Assembly: GCA_045612305.1 (NCBI GenBank)
Contig: JAZKYU010000025.1
Location: forward strand, 5,813 to 69,812
Origin: Bacteroidaceae bacterium
GTDB taxonomy: Bacteria > Bacteroidota > Bacteroidia > Bacteroidales > Bacteroidaceae
DNA: 64,000 bases
Reading direction: 5' to 3'
Shown here: positions 8,163 through 18,442 of the stretch, in pieces
How positions within the stretch are numbered: the stretch's first letter is position 1
How the letters are laid out: each line of letters opens with the position of its first letter
The notes under the pieces: generated by a model
Seen by the model: only the letters and a program-made list of their open reading frames with translations
The model's database searches: none
Told to the model about the DNA's origin: nothing
Position numbers and translations under genes: made by a program

Positions 8163-9515
8163 TTATTCTATACCGAAAAGCCCCTCTTTGAGTATCTCGC
8201 TCACTGTGGGGTGTGGGAACACTGTGCGGCGCCACTCTTCGGCGGTGAGGCGGTGGGTTATAGCCATGCAGGCCGCGCAGATAAACTCACCCGAGGGGTT
8301 GCCTAGCAGGTGCACGCCCAGTATGTGCCCTTGTGTCGATGTAATTATCTTGCATAAGCCTGTCTGTCCCTCGTTCTCGGCCACAAAGCGCCCAGAAAAG
8401 GTCATTGGCAGCTTGCTCACCTTGTACTCAATGCCTTGCGCTGTGGCTTGCTCCTCGGTAAGCCCCACGCTGGCCACCTCGGGGTTGGTGTATACTATGC
8501 CGGGGATTGCGTTATACTCCATCTTCTCCTCTGCGCCTGTTATATGGCTCACGGCAACCTCGGCCTCGCGGCTTGCGGTGTGGGCAAGGAGCGAAAAACC
8601 TGTTACATCACCCGCTGCGTATACGTTGGGCATTGAGGTCTGCATATGCTCGTTTACTTTTATGCCGCGCTCAGCTTCCACGGCTATATTCTCCAGTCCA
8701 AAGCCTTTAAGCACGGGGCGTCGTCCCACGCTCATGAGTATCTTGCCTCCTTCGGCGGTGAGGGCATTGCCCTCGCTGTCGGTGTAGTGCACGGTGTTGC
8801 CTTCTATGGCTGTAACCTTGCAGCGCAGGCAGAATTTAACACCTCTCTTGGTGTATATAGCGCGCAACATCTCGGAAATTTCTTTGTCCATCCCTCCAAG
8901 TATCTCGGGTAACATCTCGACAACTGTTACAGGCACGCCCAAGCTGTTGTAGAAGCTTGCAAACTCCATGCCTATAACTCCGCCGCCTATAACCACAAGG
9001 CTTGTGGGGGCTTCGGTGAGGGCGAGAATCTCGCGGTTGGTGAGCACCGCTTCGTTACCCTCGACGCCGGGGATAGGGGGCACAAAAGCCTCGCTTCCCG
9101 TGCAGATGAGTAGCTTTGCGGCCTCGTAGCTCTGCTCGCCACAGGTTATTCTGATGCTTTTCTCGTCGCCACCCTCTATGAAGGCGTCGCCGCGCACAAC
9201 CTCCACGTTGTGTTGCTCCATCTTCATCTTTATGCCGGCTACAAGCTTGCGCACCACTTTTGTCTTGCGGTCGGTTATTTTTTTGTAGTCAAACGCTACG
9301 TTCTCGGCTGTTACGCCATACTTTTTGCCACCTTGCGCGTGCTCGTACATCTTTGCGCTGTAGAGCAGGGTTTTTGTGGGTATGCACCCCTCGTTAAGGC
9401 ACACGCCGCCAAGCTCGCGCTTCTCGAACAATATGGTTTTCAACCCTTTTACTCCTGCGTTTTCTGCCGCCACATACCCGGCAGGGCCACCACCGATGAT
9501 TGCGATGTCGTACAT
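8163..9515 (-). CDS. lpdA: Dihydrolipoyl dehydrogenase (E3)
   Basis: 450 aa. MYDIAIIGGGPAGY FAD motif, redox-active GGVCLNEGCIPTK disulfide, second dinucleotide fold VVIGGGVIGMEF, C-terminal HPTVSE interface motif. Confidence 0.92.
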   Translation of the reverse strand: MYDIAIIGGGPAGYVAAENAGVKGLKTILFEKRELGGVCLNEGCIPTKTLLYSAKMYEHAQGGKKYGVTAENVAFDYKKITDRKTKVVRKLVAGIKMKMEQHNVEVVRGDAFIEGGDEKSIRITCGEQSYEAAKLLICTGSEAFVPPIPGVEGNEAVLTNREILALTEAPTSLVVIGGGVIGMEFASFYNSLGVPVTVVEMLPEILGGMDKEISEMLRAIYTKRGVKFCLRCKVTAIEGNTVHYTDSEGNALTAEGGKILMSVGRRPVLKGFGLENIAVEAERGIKVNEHMQTSMPNVYAAGDVTGFSLLAHTASREAEVAVSHITGAEEKMEYNAIPGIVYTNPEVASVGLTEEQATAQGIEYKVSKLPMTFSGRFVAENEGQTGLCKIITSTQGHILGVHLLGNPSGEFICAACMAITHRLTAEEWRRTVFPHPTVSEILKEGLFGIE

Positions 9516-9528
9516 ATTGGATATTGTT

Positions 9529-10224
9529 TTATTCTTGATTGTTTACTTTTGCTGTTGAAGCTTTTTCATCCCATCGAGCCTCCTTCCACGTGATTTTGCC
9601 GGCGTGCAGTGAAAAAATCACATACATATAGACCGTTGCGGCAATAACTCCCATCACTGCACCCATAATTATGGACAGGGCAAGGTATATTATGTCTAGC
9701 AGAAGCAGTGTTATAAAAGCCATACGCCACGCGTTAAGCTCCTTCGATGTGTGCGCGTAACGTATTCTCATCGGTGCAGGCAGAGTGGTGCGGGGCAATG
9801 CAAGCAGCAAAAAGAGGTTTGTTGCAACAAGGGCTACAAAGGCTAGCAGCCACATCCCCACAAGTGGTATTGCGAGCGTGTCGCTAGTGCCCCAATCTGC
9901 GGCGTGCAGCTGCATAAAACAGCGCAAATATATGCTGGCTGCGGGGAAGAGTGCCAGCGTGACAAAGTTCATCAACAGGAAAATCCACAATTTCCCCACC
10001 GCTTTTATGCGGGCAAAGTGTTCCCACTTCCTTATTTTGAATATTATCTGCACGGCCGAGAAGACAACCCCCAAGGTGAACAGCCCCACGCCGATGTGGA
10101 AGACATCGAGAGCGTTGATTGCAGGAAGTTCTCCTTTGTATGTGAGTGCGGTGGGTATAGCCGTGGCGCCTGCAAGCATAAGTAGCACGGTGACAGCTGT
10201 GGGTGATGTGATAATCTTTAGCAT
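9529..10224 (-). CDS. Hypothetical polytopic membrane protein (about 6 TM)
   Basis: 231 aa with repeated hydrophobic 20-25 aa segments. Ends 13 nt upstream of lpdA on the same strand. I recognise no family. Confidence 0.6.
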   Translation of the reverse strand: MLKIITSPTAVTVLLMLAGATAIPTALTYKGELPAINALDVFHIGVGLFTLGVVFSAVQIIFKIRKWEHFARIKAVGKLWIFLLMNFVTLALFPAASIYLRCFMQLHAADWGTSDTLAIPLVGMWLLAFVALVATNLFLLLALPRTTLPAPMRIRYAHTSKELNAWRMAFITLLLLDIIYLALSIIMGAVMGVIAATVYMYVIFSLHAGKITWKEARWDEKASTAKVNNQE

Positions 10225-10252
10225 AGTTGTTCTTTTTTGTTGTCAACCTATG

Positions 10253-10260
10253 CGAAGATA
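10253..10260 (-). promoter_or_regulatory. Candidate variant -7 box (TATCTTCG) for the membrane protein/lpdA unit
   Basis: Part of the 11-mer TATCTTCGCAT that also precedes thyA and the DUF4831-like gene. Lies 29 nt upstream of the ATG at 10224. Confidence 0.35.
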
Positions 10261-10328
10261 ATGTATCGCTACCGCAAAAGCAAGCGCTTGGCAGTTAATT
10301 GTGGAAAATTTTACTTGCGTGGTGTCTT

Positions 10329-10817
10329 TTATGCAAGCTCTATTATTTCGAGGTCTTTGAACTTGCGCCCGTCGATGGTGAACTTCACAAGTGTGCGCAC
10401 CTGATGCCACCCCTGCTTGCCTGCTGCGCCGGGGTTTATGTGCAGGCAGTCTATGAGCTTGTCGTACTCAACTTTTAGTATGTGTGAGTGCCCCGAGATG
10501 AATAGTTGGGGGCGCTTTTCGTAAATCTCGCGGCGTATGGACGCATCGTAGCGGCCCGGGTAGCCGCCAATGTGCTTCATAAGTACCAGGCACTCTTCTA
10601 CCTTGAAGCGTGCAACCTCCTTGAAACGGAGACGCACCTCCTGCCCGTCGATATTCCCGCACACAGCTCTCACGGGGCAGTGTTTTTCCAGCTCCTCTAT
10701 CACACGCAGGGAGCCTATGTCGCCCGCGTGCCAAATTTCGTCGCAGTCATTAAAGTGGGTGAGGTACTTGTCGTCCCACCAACTATGCGTGTCGCTCAAG
10801 AGCCCTATTTTTTTCAT
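10329..10817 (-). CDS. YfcE/MJ0936-family metallophosphoesterase
   Basis: 162 aa. LSDTHS, HAGD, GNID and SGHSH metallophosphatase motifs in the canonical order. Confidence 0.85.
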   Translation of the reverse strand: MKKIGLLSDTHSWWDDKYLTHFNDCDEIWHAGDIGSLRVIEELEKHCPVRAVCGNIDGQEVRLRFKEVARFKVEECLVLMKHIGGYPGRYDASIRREIYEKRPQLFISGHSHILKVEYDKLIDCLHINPGAAGKQGWHQVRTLVKFTIDGRKFKDLEIIELA

Positions 10818-11434
10818 GCCCCGAAACGGGTTTTTACAAGGTTGTACAGGAACTCAACCGTGCCCTCAATACCAAGCAAAGAGGAGTTTATGCAGAGGTC
10901 GTAGCTTTGTGCTTCGCCCCAGTGCGTTGTAGCATAATAGTCGTGGTAAGAACGACGCTTTTTGTCGCCTTTTTCAATAATTTCGGCGGCTCTCACCTCG
11001 TCTACCATCTCTTTTTGTGCTATGCGGCGTGTGCGCTCTTCCTTGTCGGCGGTGATGAAAATGCTCAACACATCGGGGGTGTCGCGCAGTACATACTCGG
11101 CACAACGGCCTATAATTATGCAAGACTCCTTTTCGGCTATCTTGCGTATGGCCTCGCTCTGTATGAGGAAGAGCTGGTCGCTCTCCATGCAGCTACTGCC
11201 AGGCATGAAACCCGACAGTGAGCCGTGTATGCTGAAGAACCCCCCAAAAAGGCTATTTGTGCCCTTTTCATCGGCACTTTCGAAAACAGTGGCGTCGAGG
11301 CCGCTCTCTCTTGCTGCAACCTCGAGAAGCTTCTTGTCGTAAACGGGAATATTAAGGCGGGCAGATAGTCTTTCGGCAATTTCTTTGCCGCCGCTTCCAA
11401 GCTGTCGGCCGATGGAGATGACATATTTTTTCAT
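10814..11434 (-). CDS. Cytidylate-kinase-like family protein
   Basis: 206 aa. ISIGRQLGSGGKEIAERLS P-loop-like start typical of the cytidylate kinase-like family. ATGA stop/start overlap with the downstream phosphoesterase. Confidence 0.7.
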   Translation of the reverse strand: MKKYVISIGRQLGSGGKEIAERLSARLNIPVYDKKLLEVAARESGLDATVFESADEKGTNSLFGGFFSIHGSLSGFMPGSSCMESDQLFLIQSEAIRKIAEKESCIIIGRCAEYVLRDTPDVLSIFITADKEERTRRIAQKEMVDEVRAAEIIEKGDKKRRSYHDYYATTHWGEAQSYDLCINSSLLGIEGTVEFLYNLVKTRFGA

Positions 11435-11481
11435 AAAAAGCTGGTTTTTGCGGTTAGTATAAGTTTTTGCACTGCGGTGGT

Positions 11482-12840
11482 CTATTTGTCGCTCTCTCTA
11501 AAGTGAATTTTCAGGGTTATTATAGTGAGTGTGGCTGCTATAAAATCGGATATAGGCATGCTGAACCACACGCCGTTTTCCCCGTAGAAAAGGGGCAAAA
11601 TGAGCAAAAGCGGTATAAGAAAGAGTATTTGGCGGGTGAGCGAGAGAAAAATAGACTTTTTAACCATACCTATGCTCTGGAAAAAGTTTGTTGTCACCAT
11701 CTGGAAACCTATTAAAGGCATCATAATAGACATTATTCTCATAGCTTTTGAGGCTCCGGCGATGAGTGTGGTGTCGGTGGTGAAGGCGCGGGCTATGAGC
11801 TCGGGTATAAACTCATTGAGCAAGAAGCCTATAATCGTAACTATACTTGCGCATATGCAGGTTAGCTTGAACACCTTGCTCACGCGTTGCTGTTGTTTTG
11901 CACCAAAGTTGTAACCCACGATGGGCTGCATACCTTGTGTTAGTCCCAGCACAATCATCACAAAGATGAAAGCGACGCGGTTGGCTATACCATAGGAGGC
12001 GATGGCTATGTCGCCGTCGGCTCCGTAGCTACGCAGTCCTTTATTCACAATTATAACCACAAGGCAAGCTGCGGCGTTTATGAAGAAGGGTGACATACCT
12101 ATACTGAGTATCGATTTTACAATATCTGCCCTCGGTTTGTAAATTCCGCGTTGTAGATGTAGCAGTTCGTCGGGGTTGCTCAAAAGGCGCATTTGCCACA
12201 CAAGTGTTGTGCACTGCGCGATGATGGTTGCAAGCGCGGCGCCTGTTATGCCCCACCCGAAAACGTAGATGAAGATGGGGGTGAGTATTATGTTGTTTAT
12301 GACGGTTATTATGGTTGCTGTCATTGCTTGACGCGGGTGCCCCGCTGCTCTTAAAGCAGCGTTTATACCAAAATACAGGTGTGTTACTATGTTACCCAAG
12401 AGGATAACCACCATATAGTCTCGTGCATAGGGTAGGGTGGCATCGCTTGCTCCGAAGAAGAACAGAATATCGTCGAGAAAGAGCAACGATGCTATGGCAA
12501 AAAGTGAGCCCACAATTATATTGAGCGTTACGATGTTGCCCAAAATGAGCTTTGCCGATGTGTAGTCGCGCTGCCCAAGCTTCACCGACAGTTGTGTGGC
12601 TCCACCAAGGCCCACCATCGCTCCAAACGCTGCCGAAAGGTTCATAAACGGGAAGGTTGTTGCAAGTCCCGATATTGCCAGCGCGCCCACACCTTGCCCT
12701 ATGAAGACGCTATCTATCATATTGTAGAGCGAGGCTGCCGTTTGGGCAATAATAGCCGGTATGGCATACTGCGCAAGTAGTTTGCTTATCTTTTCTGTTC
12801 CAAGTTCTGTGGGAACTTTTTTCTTTGTCGAGCCGTCCAT
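11482..12840 (-). CDS. MATE-family efflux transporter
   Basis: 452 aa, 12 predicted TM segments. N-terminal LLAQYAIPAIIAQTAASLYNMIDSVFIG is the MatE signature. Confidence 0.88.
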   Translation of the reverse strand: MDGSTKKKVPTELGTEKISKLLAQYAIPAIIAQTAASLYNMIDSVFIGQGVGALAISGLATTFPFMNLSAAFGAMVGLGGATQLSVKLGQRDYTSAKLILGNIVTLNIIVGSLFAIASLLFLDDILFFFGASDATLPYARDYMVVILLGNIVTHLYFGINAALRAAGHPRQAMTATIITVINNIILTPIFIYVFGWGITGAALATIIAQCTTLVWQMRLLSNPDELLHLQRGIYKPRADIVKSILSIGMSPFFINAAACLVVIIVNKGLRSYGADGDIAIASYGIANRVAFIFVMIVLGLTQGMQPIVGYNFGAKQQQRVSKVFKLTCICASIVTIIGFLLNEFIPELIARAFTTDTTLIAGASKAMRIMSIMMPLIGFQMVTTNFFQSIGMVKKSIFLSLTRQILFLIPLLLILPLFYGENGVWFSMPISDFIAATLTIITLKIHFRESDK

Positions 12841-12920
12841 CGTTTGTTCGGGTTTTGTAACAAATTATTGAATATCTGCATAAAAGTTGTACCTTTGAGC
12901 TGGTGCTCGAAGATTTATTG

Positions 12921-12985
12921 CACTTGCGGCGAAAAATATTAAAGCAAGCTTGATATTTCTCGTTCGTTTGTACATATCTTTGTCT
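12921..12985 (+). repeat. Single diverged copy of the promoter-like repeat that is triplicated upstream of recF
   Basis: The 19 nt AAAATATTAAAGCAAGCTT (12933-12951) is identical to 49906-49924. The rest aligns at roughly 70% and ends in the -7 box TATCTTTG (12975-12982), 63 nt upstream of mnmA. Confidence 0.6.
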
Positions 12986-13045
12986 TAAAGATACTTTATA
13001 GCGCAAAGTTATAAAATATCGGTGAATAATTAAAATGTTGATAAA

Positions 13046-14161
13046 ATGCTTTTGAGTGGATTGATGCAAAAAGATGAAACCTCGGCGGCCGGCAAGAGTG
13101 TGTTGGTGGGTATGAGCGGTGGTATAGACAGCACTGCGGTGTGCAGTATGCTGCTTGCGCAGGGCTACAAAGTTGTGGGGCTAACCCTTGTGACTTGTGA
13201 CGCCTCGCTGAAAGCGGCTTCGGACGCGGCCGAGCTTGCAGAGCGTCTGTGCATCCCTCACTATGTTGCCGATGTGCGCGAGGAGTTTCGCGAGAAGGTT
13301 ATGCAGCCTTTTATAGATGCTTATATGCGAGGCTACACTCCCAACCCCTGCGTTAATTGCAACCCCACAATAAAGTTTCGCGTGCTCGAAGAGTGGGCCG
13401 ACAAGCTAGGTTGCGAGCACATAGCAACCGGCCACTATGTTAAGCTGAAAACCATCGATGAAAAGGTGTATATTTGTGCAGGTGACGACGACGGTAAAGA
13501 CCAGAGTTACTTTCTGTGGAGACTCACTCAACAACAACTGCGCAGGGTTATATTCCCCCTTGGTGACTGGGAAAAACGCGATGTTCTTGCCTATCTTAAC
13601 GAACATAAACTAGAAAAAGCGGCCGACGATGGCGAAAGTATGGAAATATGCTTCATCCCTGGGGATTACAGGGAGTTCTTGCGTTCAAATGTTCCTGATA
13701 TTGATGCCCGCTTGGGCGGCGGCTCGTTTGTCGACAGCGAGGGGCGTGTGCTGGGCAAGCACGGCGGTTATCCATTTTACACGATAGGGCAGCGCAAGGG
13801 GCTCGGCATAGCACTTGGCTACCCCGCTTATGTGCTGAAGATAAATGCGGCAAAAAACACAGTGATGCTAGGTACGGAAGATATGCTGCAAACTACCTAT
13901 ATGCTTGTTGAAACACCCTCGTGGGTGGGTGATGTGCCGCCCGAAAATCTGCAGGTGAGGGTGCGCTATCGCAGCCGTCCTGTCCCCTGCTCGCAACCCG
14001 TAAAGGTGGCCGAGGGGCTCTATCTTGTGCGTTTCGACGAGGTTGTTTCGGCTGTGACACCTGGGCAGTCGGCTGTTTTTTATTGTGATAACATTGTTGT
14101 GGGCGGTGCTTTTATAGCGTCGCAACGCGGTATAAATCAGTGGATTTATGAACGAGAATAA
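13046..14161 (+). CDS. mnmA: tRNA 2-thiouridine(34) synthase MnmA
   Basis: 371 aa. [11 protein letters not shown]-loop, NPCVNCN, DQSYFL motifs. The exact start (13046 or the in-frame ATG 6 codons later) is uncertain. Confidence 0.9.
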   Translation: MLLSGLMQKDETSAAGKSVLVGMSGGIDSTAVCSMLLAQGYKVVGLTLVTCDASLKAASDAAELAERLCIPHYVADVREEFREKVMQPFIDAYMRGYTPNPCVNCNPTIKFRVLEEWADKLGCEHIATGHYVKLKTIDEKVYICAGDDDGKDQSYFLWRLTQQQLRRVIFPLGDWEKRDVLAYLNEHKLEKAADDGESMEICFIPGDYREFLRSNVPDIDARLGGGSFVDSEGRVLGKHGGYPFYTIGQRKGLGIALGYPAYVLKINAAKNTVMLGTEDMLQTTYMLVETPSWVGDVPPENLQVRVRYRSRPVPCSQPVKVAEGLYLVRFDEVVSAVTPGQSAVFYCDNIVVGGAFIASQRGINQWIYERE

Positions 14162-15332
14162 CCCTTTATCTCTTTACTCCCTCAACAGCCTTGTACGCGA
14201 GAGTATAGCGCAGGGTATGCCTGCACCTTATTGGGTTGCGGCCGAGCTGAGCGAGGTGCGCGAGACACAGGCCGGTCACTGCTACATAGAGCTTGTGGAG
14301 CGCGACGAGGTTACGCAAGAGATGATGGCGAAGGCCCGAGGTACAATATGGGCGCGCATATATTCCTTGCTTAAACCCTACTTTCTGGAGCAGACGGGCG
14401 AACGCTTTTCTGCGGGGTTGAAGGTGCTTTTGAGGGTTAATGTCGTTTTTCACGAACTTTATGGCTTTTCGCTCGATGTGTGCGATATAGAGCCGGCTTA
14501 TACCCTGGGCGATATTGCGCGTCGCAAACAGATGATTTTAAAACGCTTGGAGAGCGAAGGTGTGCTAAACTTGAACAAGGAGCTTCCTTTCCCTGCGTTG
14601 CCGCAGAGGGTTGCTGTTATCTCCTCGTCTTATGCGGCGGGCTATGGAGATTTTTGCGACCAACTGCTGAACAACCCTTACGGCTATGTCTTTTACCCTC
14701 ACCTTTTTGCTGCGCCTATGCAGGGTAACAAGGTTGAGGAGGGCGTGATAGCTGCGCTCAACAAAATTGCAGAAAATTTAGACTGTTGGGATGTAGTGGT
14801 TATTATCCGTGGCGGTGGTGCTACAAGCGACCTCTCTTGTTTCGATACATATGACCTTGCCAACAATTGTGCGCAGTTTCCCTTGCCTATAATAACGGGT
14901 ATAGGGCATCAACGCGACGATACTCTTGTGGATGCAGTGGCTCACACTCGTGTGAAGACACCCACAGCTGCGGCCGAGCTTCTTGTGCACGCTGTAGCGG
15001 CGCAAAGTAGTGCCGTGGAGGCTTTGTGCGACAAACTCGTAGCTTTGTCGCGCGATGTTCTCGAAGAACAACGCCGCCGCCTGGTTGCGGCGGTGCAGCG
15101 TCTGCCGGTGTGCACGGCGCTTTATATGCAGGAGCAGCGTCATAGGCTCGATTTGTGGAGCCAAGCAGCGGCGGCAGCATCGCCCGAGCGTGTGCTTGCT
15201 CTGGGTTATGGTATAGTGCGTGTGGGGGGCAAGCTTGTGCGCTCCCTCGACGATGTGAAGGAGGGCGAGCTTGTGGTTACAACCCTTGCCGACGGCAGCT
15301 TCACAAGTGTTGTGAAAGATAAAAAAGAGTAA
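14148..15332 (+). CDS. xseA: Exodeoxyribonuclease VII large subunit
   Basis: 394 aa. N-terminal OB fold ([10 protein letters not shown]...GHCYIELV) and catalytic region [11 protein letters not shown]. 14-nt overlap with mnmA. Confidence 0.9.
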   Translation: MNENNPLSLYSLNSLVRESIAQGMPAPYWVAAELSEVRETQAGHCYIELVERDEVTQEMMAKARGTIWARIYSLLKPYFLEQTGERFSAGLKVLLRVNVVFHELYGFSLDVCDIEPAYTLGDIARRKQMILKRLESEGVLNLNKELPFPALPQRVAVISSSYAAGYGDFCDQLLNNPYGYVFYPHLFAAPMQGNKVEEGVIAALNKIAENLDCWDVVVIIRGGGATSDLSCFDTYDLANNCAQFPLPIITGIGHQRDDTLVDAVAHTRVKTPTAAAELLVHAVAAQSSAVEALCDKLVALSRDVLEEQRRRLVAAVQRLPVCTALYMQEQRHRLDLWSQAAAAASPERVLALGYGIVRVGGKLVRSLDDVKEGELVVTTLADGSFTSVVKDKKE

Positions 15333-15335
15333 TAT

Positions 15336-15557
15336 ATGAGTAAAAAAGTTACGATGAATTATGCTCTCGCGGTAGAGCGCCTCGAGGAAATTATGACCGA
15401 AATTCAGGGTGGTGCAGTCGATGTCGACAAGCTCTCTGTTGTGCTTAAAGAGGCCGACGAACTGATAAAGTTTTGCAGGACAAAACTCTACGAAGTAGAC
15501 GAGGAGGTGCAGGCTGTGCTCAAGGGTATAAGCGACGATGCTTCGCGTGTGGGGTAA
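15336..15557 (+). CDS. xseB: Exodeoxyribonuclease VII small subunit
   Basis: 73 aa helical protein (AVERLEEIMTEIQ...L..A..L...C...L) starting 3 nt after xseA. Confidence 0.85.
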   Translation: MSKKVTMNYALAVERLEEIMTEIQGGAVDVDKLSVVLKEADELIKFCRTKLYEVDEEVQAVLKGISDDASRVG

Positions 15558-15596
15558 AAAAACGTTGCAGATAAATTGATTTTGAGTAAATATGAT

Positions 15597-15604
15597 TATC
15601 TTTG
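15597..15604 (+). promoter_or_regulatory. Candidate -7 box TATCTTTG for ilvE
   Basis: TAnnTTTG match followed by CGGTA, as in the recF repeats. Lies 96 nt upstream of the ATG at 15701. Confidence 0.45.
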
Positions 15605-15700
15605 CGGTAATTTAGTTGCGATGTGTTGCAGCTAGGCTACCGCAAAGATTGTTTTGCGTGGCTTTTTTGTTGCAGAATGTAAAAAACAAAAAGATATAAT

Positions 15701-16723
15701 ATGAAAAATTTAGATTGGGCAAACATTGGTTTCGGTTACAGAAAAACCGACTACAATGTTCGTTGTTACTACCGCGACGGTGCGTGGGGAGAAATTGAGG
15801 TAAGTTCTACGGAGCATATAAATATGCATATGGCTGCAACTTGCTTGCACTATGGCCAGGAGGCGTTCGAGGGTTTGAAGGCTTTCCGTGGCAAGGATGG
15901 CAAGGTGAGAGTTTTCCGTCTCGAGGCCAACGCAGAGCGTTTGCAGAACACTTGCGATGGTATTCTTATGCCTCACGTGAGTGTGGATCTCTTCCGCAAG
16001 ATGGTTGCAAAAGTTGTGGAGCTTAACAAAGATTATATACCCCCTTACGAGAGCGGTGCATCGCTCTACATACGCCCCTTGCTCATAGGTACAAGCGCAC
16101 AGGTAGGTGTGCACCCTGCATCGGAGTATCTGTTCATAATTTTTGTTACTCCTGTAGGCCCTTACTTCAAAGGTGGCTTCTCGACAAACCCCTACGTCAT
16201 TATCCGTGAGTACGACCGTTCGGCACCTCTTGGCACAGGTAAGTACAAGGTTGGTGGTAACTACGCAGCAAGCCTTCGTGCCAACAAACTTGCTCACGAC
16301 ATGGGCTACTCTTGCGAGTTTTACCTCGATGCGAAAGAGAAAAAGTATATCGACGAGTGTGGCGCGGCCAACTTCATAGGTATAAAAGACAACACATACG
16401 TTACACCGCTTTCAACATCAATCCTGCCCTCTATAACAAACCGCAGCCTTCAGCAGCTTGCAAAAGATATGGGCATGAAGGTGGAGATACGCCCCATCCC
16501 CGAGGATGAGCTACCTACATTTGAGGAGGCTGGTGCTTGCGGTACAGCGGCGGTTATATCGCCCATCGAGCGCATCGACGACCTTGAGACCGGTAAATCT
16601 TATGTTTTTGCAAAAGACGGCAAGCCCGGCCCTGTTTGCACAAAACTATACAACAAATTGCGTGCTATACAGTATGGCGACGAGCCCGATACTTATGGCT
16701 GGGTAACCGTGCTCGATATTTAA
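15701..16723 (+). CDS. ilvE: Branched-chain amino acid aminotransferase (class IV)
   Basis: 340 aa. HYGQEAFEGLKAFR, YIRP, and GTGKYKVGGNYAASL (PLP Lys region). Confidence 0.92.
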   Translation: MKNLDWANIGFGYRKTDYNVRCYYRDGAWGEIEVSSTEHINMHMAATCLHYGQEAFEGLKAFRGKDGKVRVFRLEANAERLQNTCDGILMPHVSVDLFRKMVAKVVELNKDYIPPYESGASLYIRPLLIGTSAQVGVHPASEYLFIIFVTPVGPYFKGGFSTNPYVIIREYDRSAPLGTGKYKVGGNYAASLRANKLAHDMGYSCEFYLDAKEKKYIDECGAANFIGIKDNTYVTPLSTSILPSITNRSLQQLAKDMGMKVEIRPIPEDELPTFEEAGACGTAAVISPIERIDDLETGKSYVFAKDGKPGPVCTKLYNKLRAIQYGDEPDTYGWVTVLDI

Positions 16724-16736
16724 AAAAGGTTGTGCG

Positions 16737-17345
16737 ATGAAAAGTTTTAAATCTTATAGAGATGCCGGCTGGGCACAACTCGACGGTAATTGGGGGTTGT
16801 CTGTTGTTTTTACTCTTGTCTATATGCTGGTTGTTATAGCTCTTTCCGGCTTGGAAAGTTGTATATGGAAAGGCTCGATAATAACCACTATCCTTGTGAT
16901 ACCCTTGGCCTACTCTTATAACATAGCTTTCCTTGATAAGAAACGCACGGGTGAGGCTTTGTGCATTGAAAAACTTTTTGTAGGCTACAAGGATTTTCTG
17001 CGCATAGCAGGTACAGGCTTGCTGATGTATATTTATGTGTTTTTGTGGGCATTGCTTCTTGTGATTCCCGGCATAATAAAGCAAATATCCTATTCGCAAA
17101 CATGTTATATACTCAAGGATAACCCCGAAATATCCTTTAATGCCGCCATCGAGCGCAGTATGGCAATGATGAAGGGACATAAATGGGAATATTTCTGTCT
17201 TGTTCTTTCTTTTATTGGTTGGATTTTGCTAGAAATCATTACTCTTGGTATAGCTGCGCTTTGGGTAACTCCTTATATGAGTGCAACATTCGCCGGCTAT
17301 TACGAAGACCTGAAAACAGAGTTTGAACAAATAAAAAAGCAATAG
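16737..17345 (+). CDS. DUF975-family membrane protein
   Basis: 202 aa, 4-5 TM. The N-terminus ([14 protein letters not shown]) and overall layout resemble DUF975. Confidence 0.7.
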   Translation: MKSFKSYRDAGWAQLDGNWGLSVVFTLVYMLVVIALSGLESCIWKGSIITTILVIPLAYSYNIAFLDKKRTGEALCIEKLFVGYKDFLRIAGTGLLMYIYVFLWALLLVIPGIIKQISYSQTCYILKDNPEISFNAAIERSMAMMKGHKWEYFCLVLSFIGWILLEIITLGIAALWVTPYMSATFAGYYEDLKTEFEQIKKQ

Positions 17346-17355
17346 CATAGACTTT

Positions 17356-18114
17356 ATGGGAAAAGGAAAGTTGAAGAAATTTGCCGATATGGCACAATAC
17401 CCCAACGTTATAGAGCATCACTTTTCTATAGGTGATGCCCGTCCTTTTGAGATGAAGGGGCGATGGGGCGAGGATTTTTTCAAGAACAACAACCCTATAG
17501 TGCTTGAGCTTGGGTGTGGCAGAGGTGAATATACTGTAGCCCTCGCCCGCAAATTCCCCGACAAAAACTTTATAGGTGTAGATATAAAAGGTGCGCGTAT
17601 GTGGACCGGTGCTACAGATGCTTTGCAGAATAATCTCACAAATGTAGGCTTCTTACGCACTACTATAGAGATTATAGATCACTTTTTTGCGGCAGGCGAG
17701 GTGAGCGAGATATGGATTACGTTCCCCGACCCCCAGATGAAAAAGTATACAAAAAGGCTTACATCATCGCTCTTTTTGCAGCGCTATGCAAAGATTCTTG
17801 CCCCCGATGCAACGGTGCACCTGAAGACCGACAGTAATTTTATGTTCACCTACACAAAATATGTAACCGAGGTGAATAACTTGCCGGTGTGCACCTGTAT
17901 AGATGATGTATATGCACAGGAAGAGGTGGGCGACATATTATCGATACGCACATACTACGAGTCGCAGTGGCTTGAGCGTGGCCTCACCATAAAATATATC
18001 TCTTTTGGGCTCGATGGCAAGGGTGCTTTCGAGGAGCCCAACGTGGAGATAGAGCTCGACGAGTATCGCAGCTACAACCGCAGCAAGCGTAGCGGTTTGC
18101 AAACAAGTAAATAA
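17356..18114 (+). CDS. trmB: tRNA (guanine46-N7)-methyltransferase
   Basis: 252 aa. [14 protein letters not shown] motif and [10 protein letters not shown], characteristic of TrmB. Confidence 0.9.
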   Translation: MGKGKLKKFADMAQYPNVIEHHFSIGDARPFEMKGRWGEDFFKNNNPIVLELGCGRGEYTVALARKFPDKNFIGVDIKGARMWTGATDALQNNLTNVGFLRTTIEIIDHFFAAGEVSEIWITFPDPQMKKYTKRLTSSLFLQRYAKILAPDATVHLKTDSNFMFTYTKYVTEVNNLPVCTCIDDVYAQEEVGDILSIRTYYESQWLERGLTIKYISFGLDGKGAFEEPNVEIELDEYRSYNRSKRSGLQTSK

Positions 18115-18133
18115 AAACTATACATAAAATATT

Positions 18134-18436
18134 ATGCTTAAACACATTGTTATGTGGCGCTTTGTTGAGGGCGCGCAGGGAAAAAGCCGCGTGGAGCACG
18201 CGCAGTGGATGAAAGAGCACCTCGAGGCTCTCGTGGGTGTGGTGCCCGAGATACGTTCTATGGAGGTGGGCGTGAATGTGGCCCCCAGCCCTTCGGCTTA
18301 CGATGCGGTGCTTATATCTACCTTCGACGATAAAGAGGCGCTCGACCGCTACAAGGTGCACCCTGCACACAAAGCTGTTGCTGCTTATTGTAAGGAGGTG
18401 CGCGAGTTGCGTGCCGATGTGGATTACGAAATATAA
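18134..18436 (+). CDS. Dabb (stress-responsive A/B-barrel) family protein
   Basis: 100 aa. MLKHIVMWRF..., ...STFDDKEALDRYKVHPAHKAV. Confidence 0.8.
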   Translation: MLKHIVMWRFVEGAQGKSRVEHAQWMKEHLEALVGVVPEIRSMEVGVNVAPSPSAYDAVLISTFDDKEALDRYKVHPAHKAVAAYCKEVRELRADVDYEI

Positions 18437-18442
18437 TAAATT

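Noticed and set aside
8098-8787. 229-aa plus-strand ORF, plus similar 100-270-aa shadow ORFs throughout (e.g. 2195-2824, 3689-4336, 7256-7894, 31138-31920, 41261-42079, 58916-59803)
   Set aside because: All overlap strongly supported genes on the opposite strand or in another frame and have biased, motif-free translations.
15600-15647. 10-bp inverted repeat CTTTGCGGTA…TACCGCAAAG in front of ilvE as a possible attenuator hairpin
   Set aside because: The left arm overlaps the -7 box and would lie upstream of the predicted TSS, so it is unlikely to be in the RNA. The right arm is more simply a degenerate reverse copy of the common TTTGCGGTA promoter-downstream motif.
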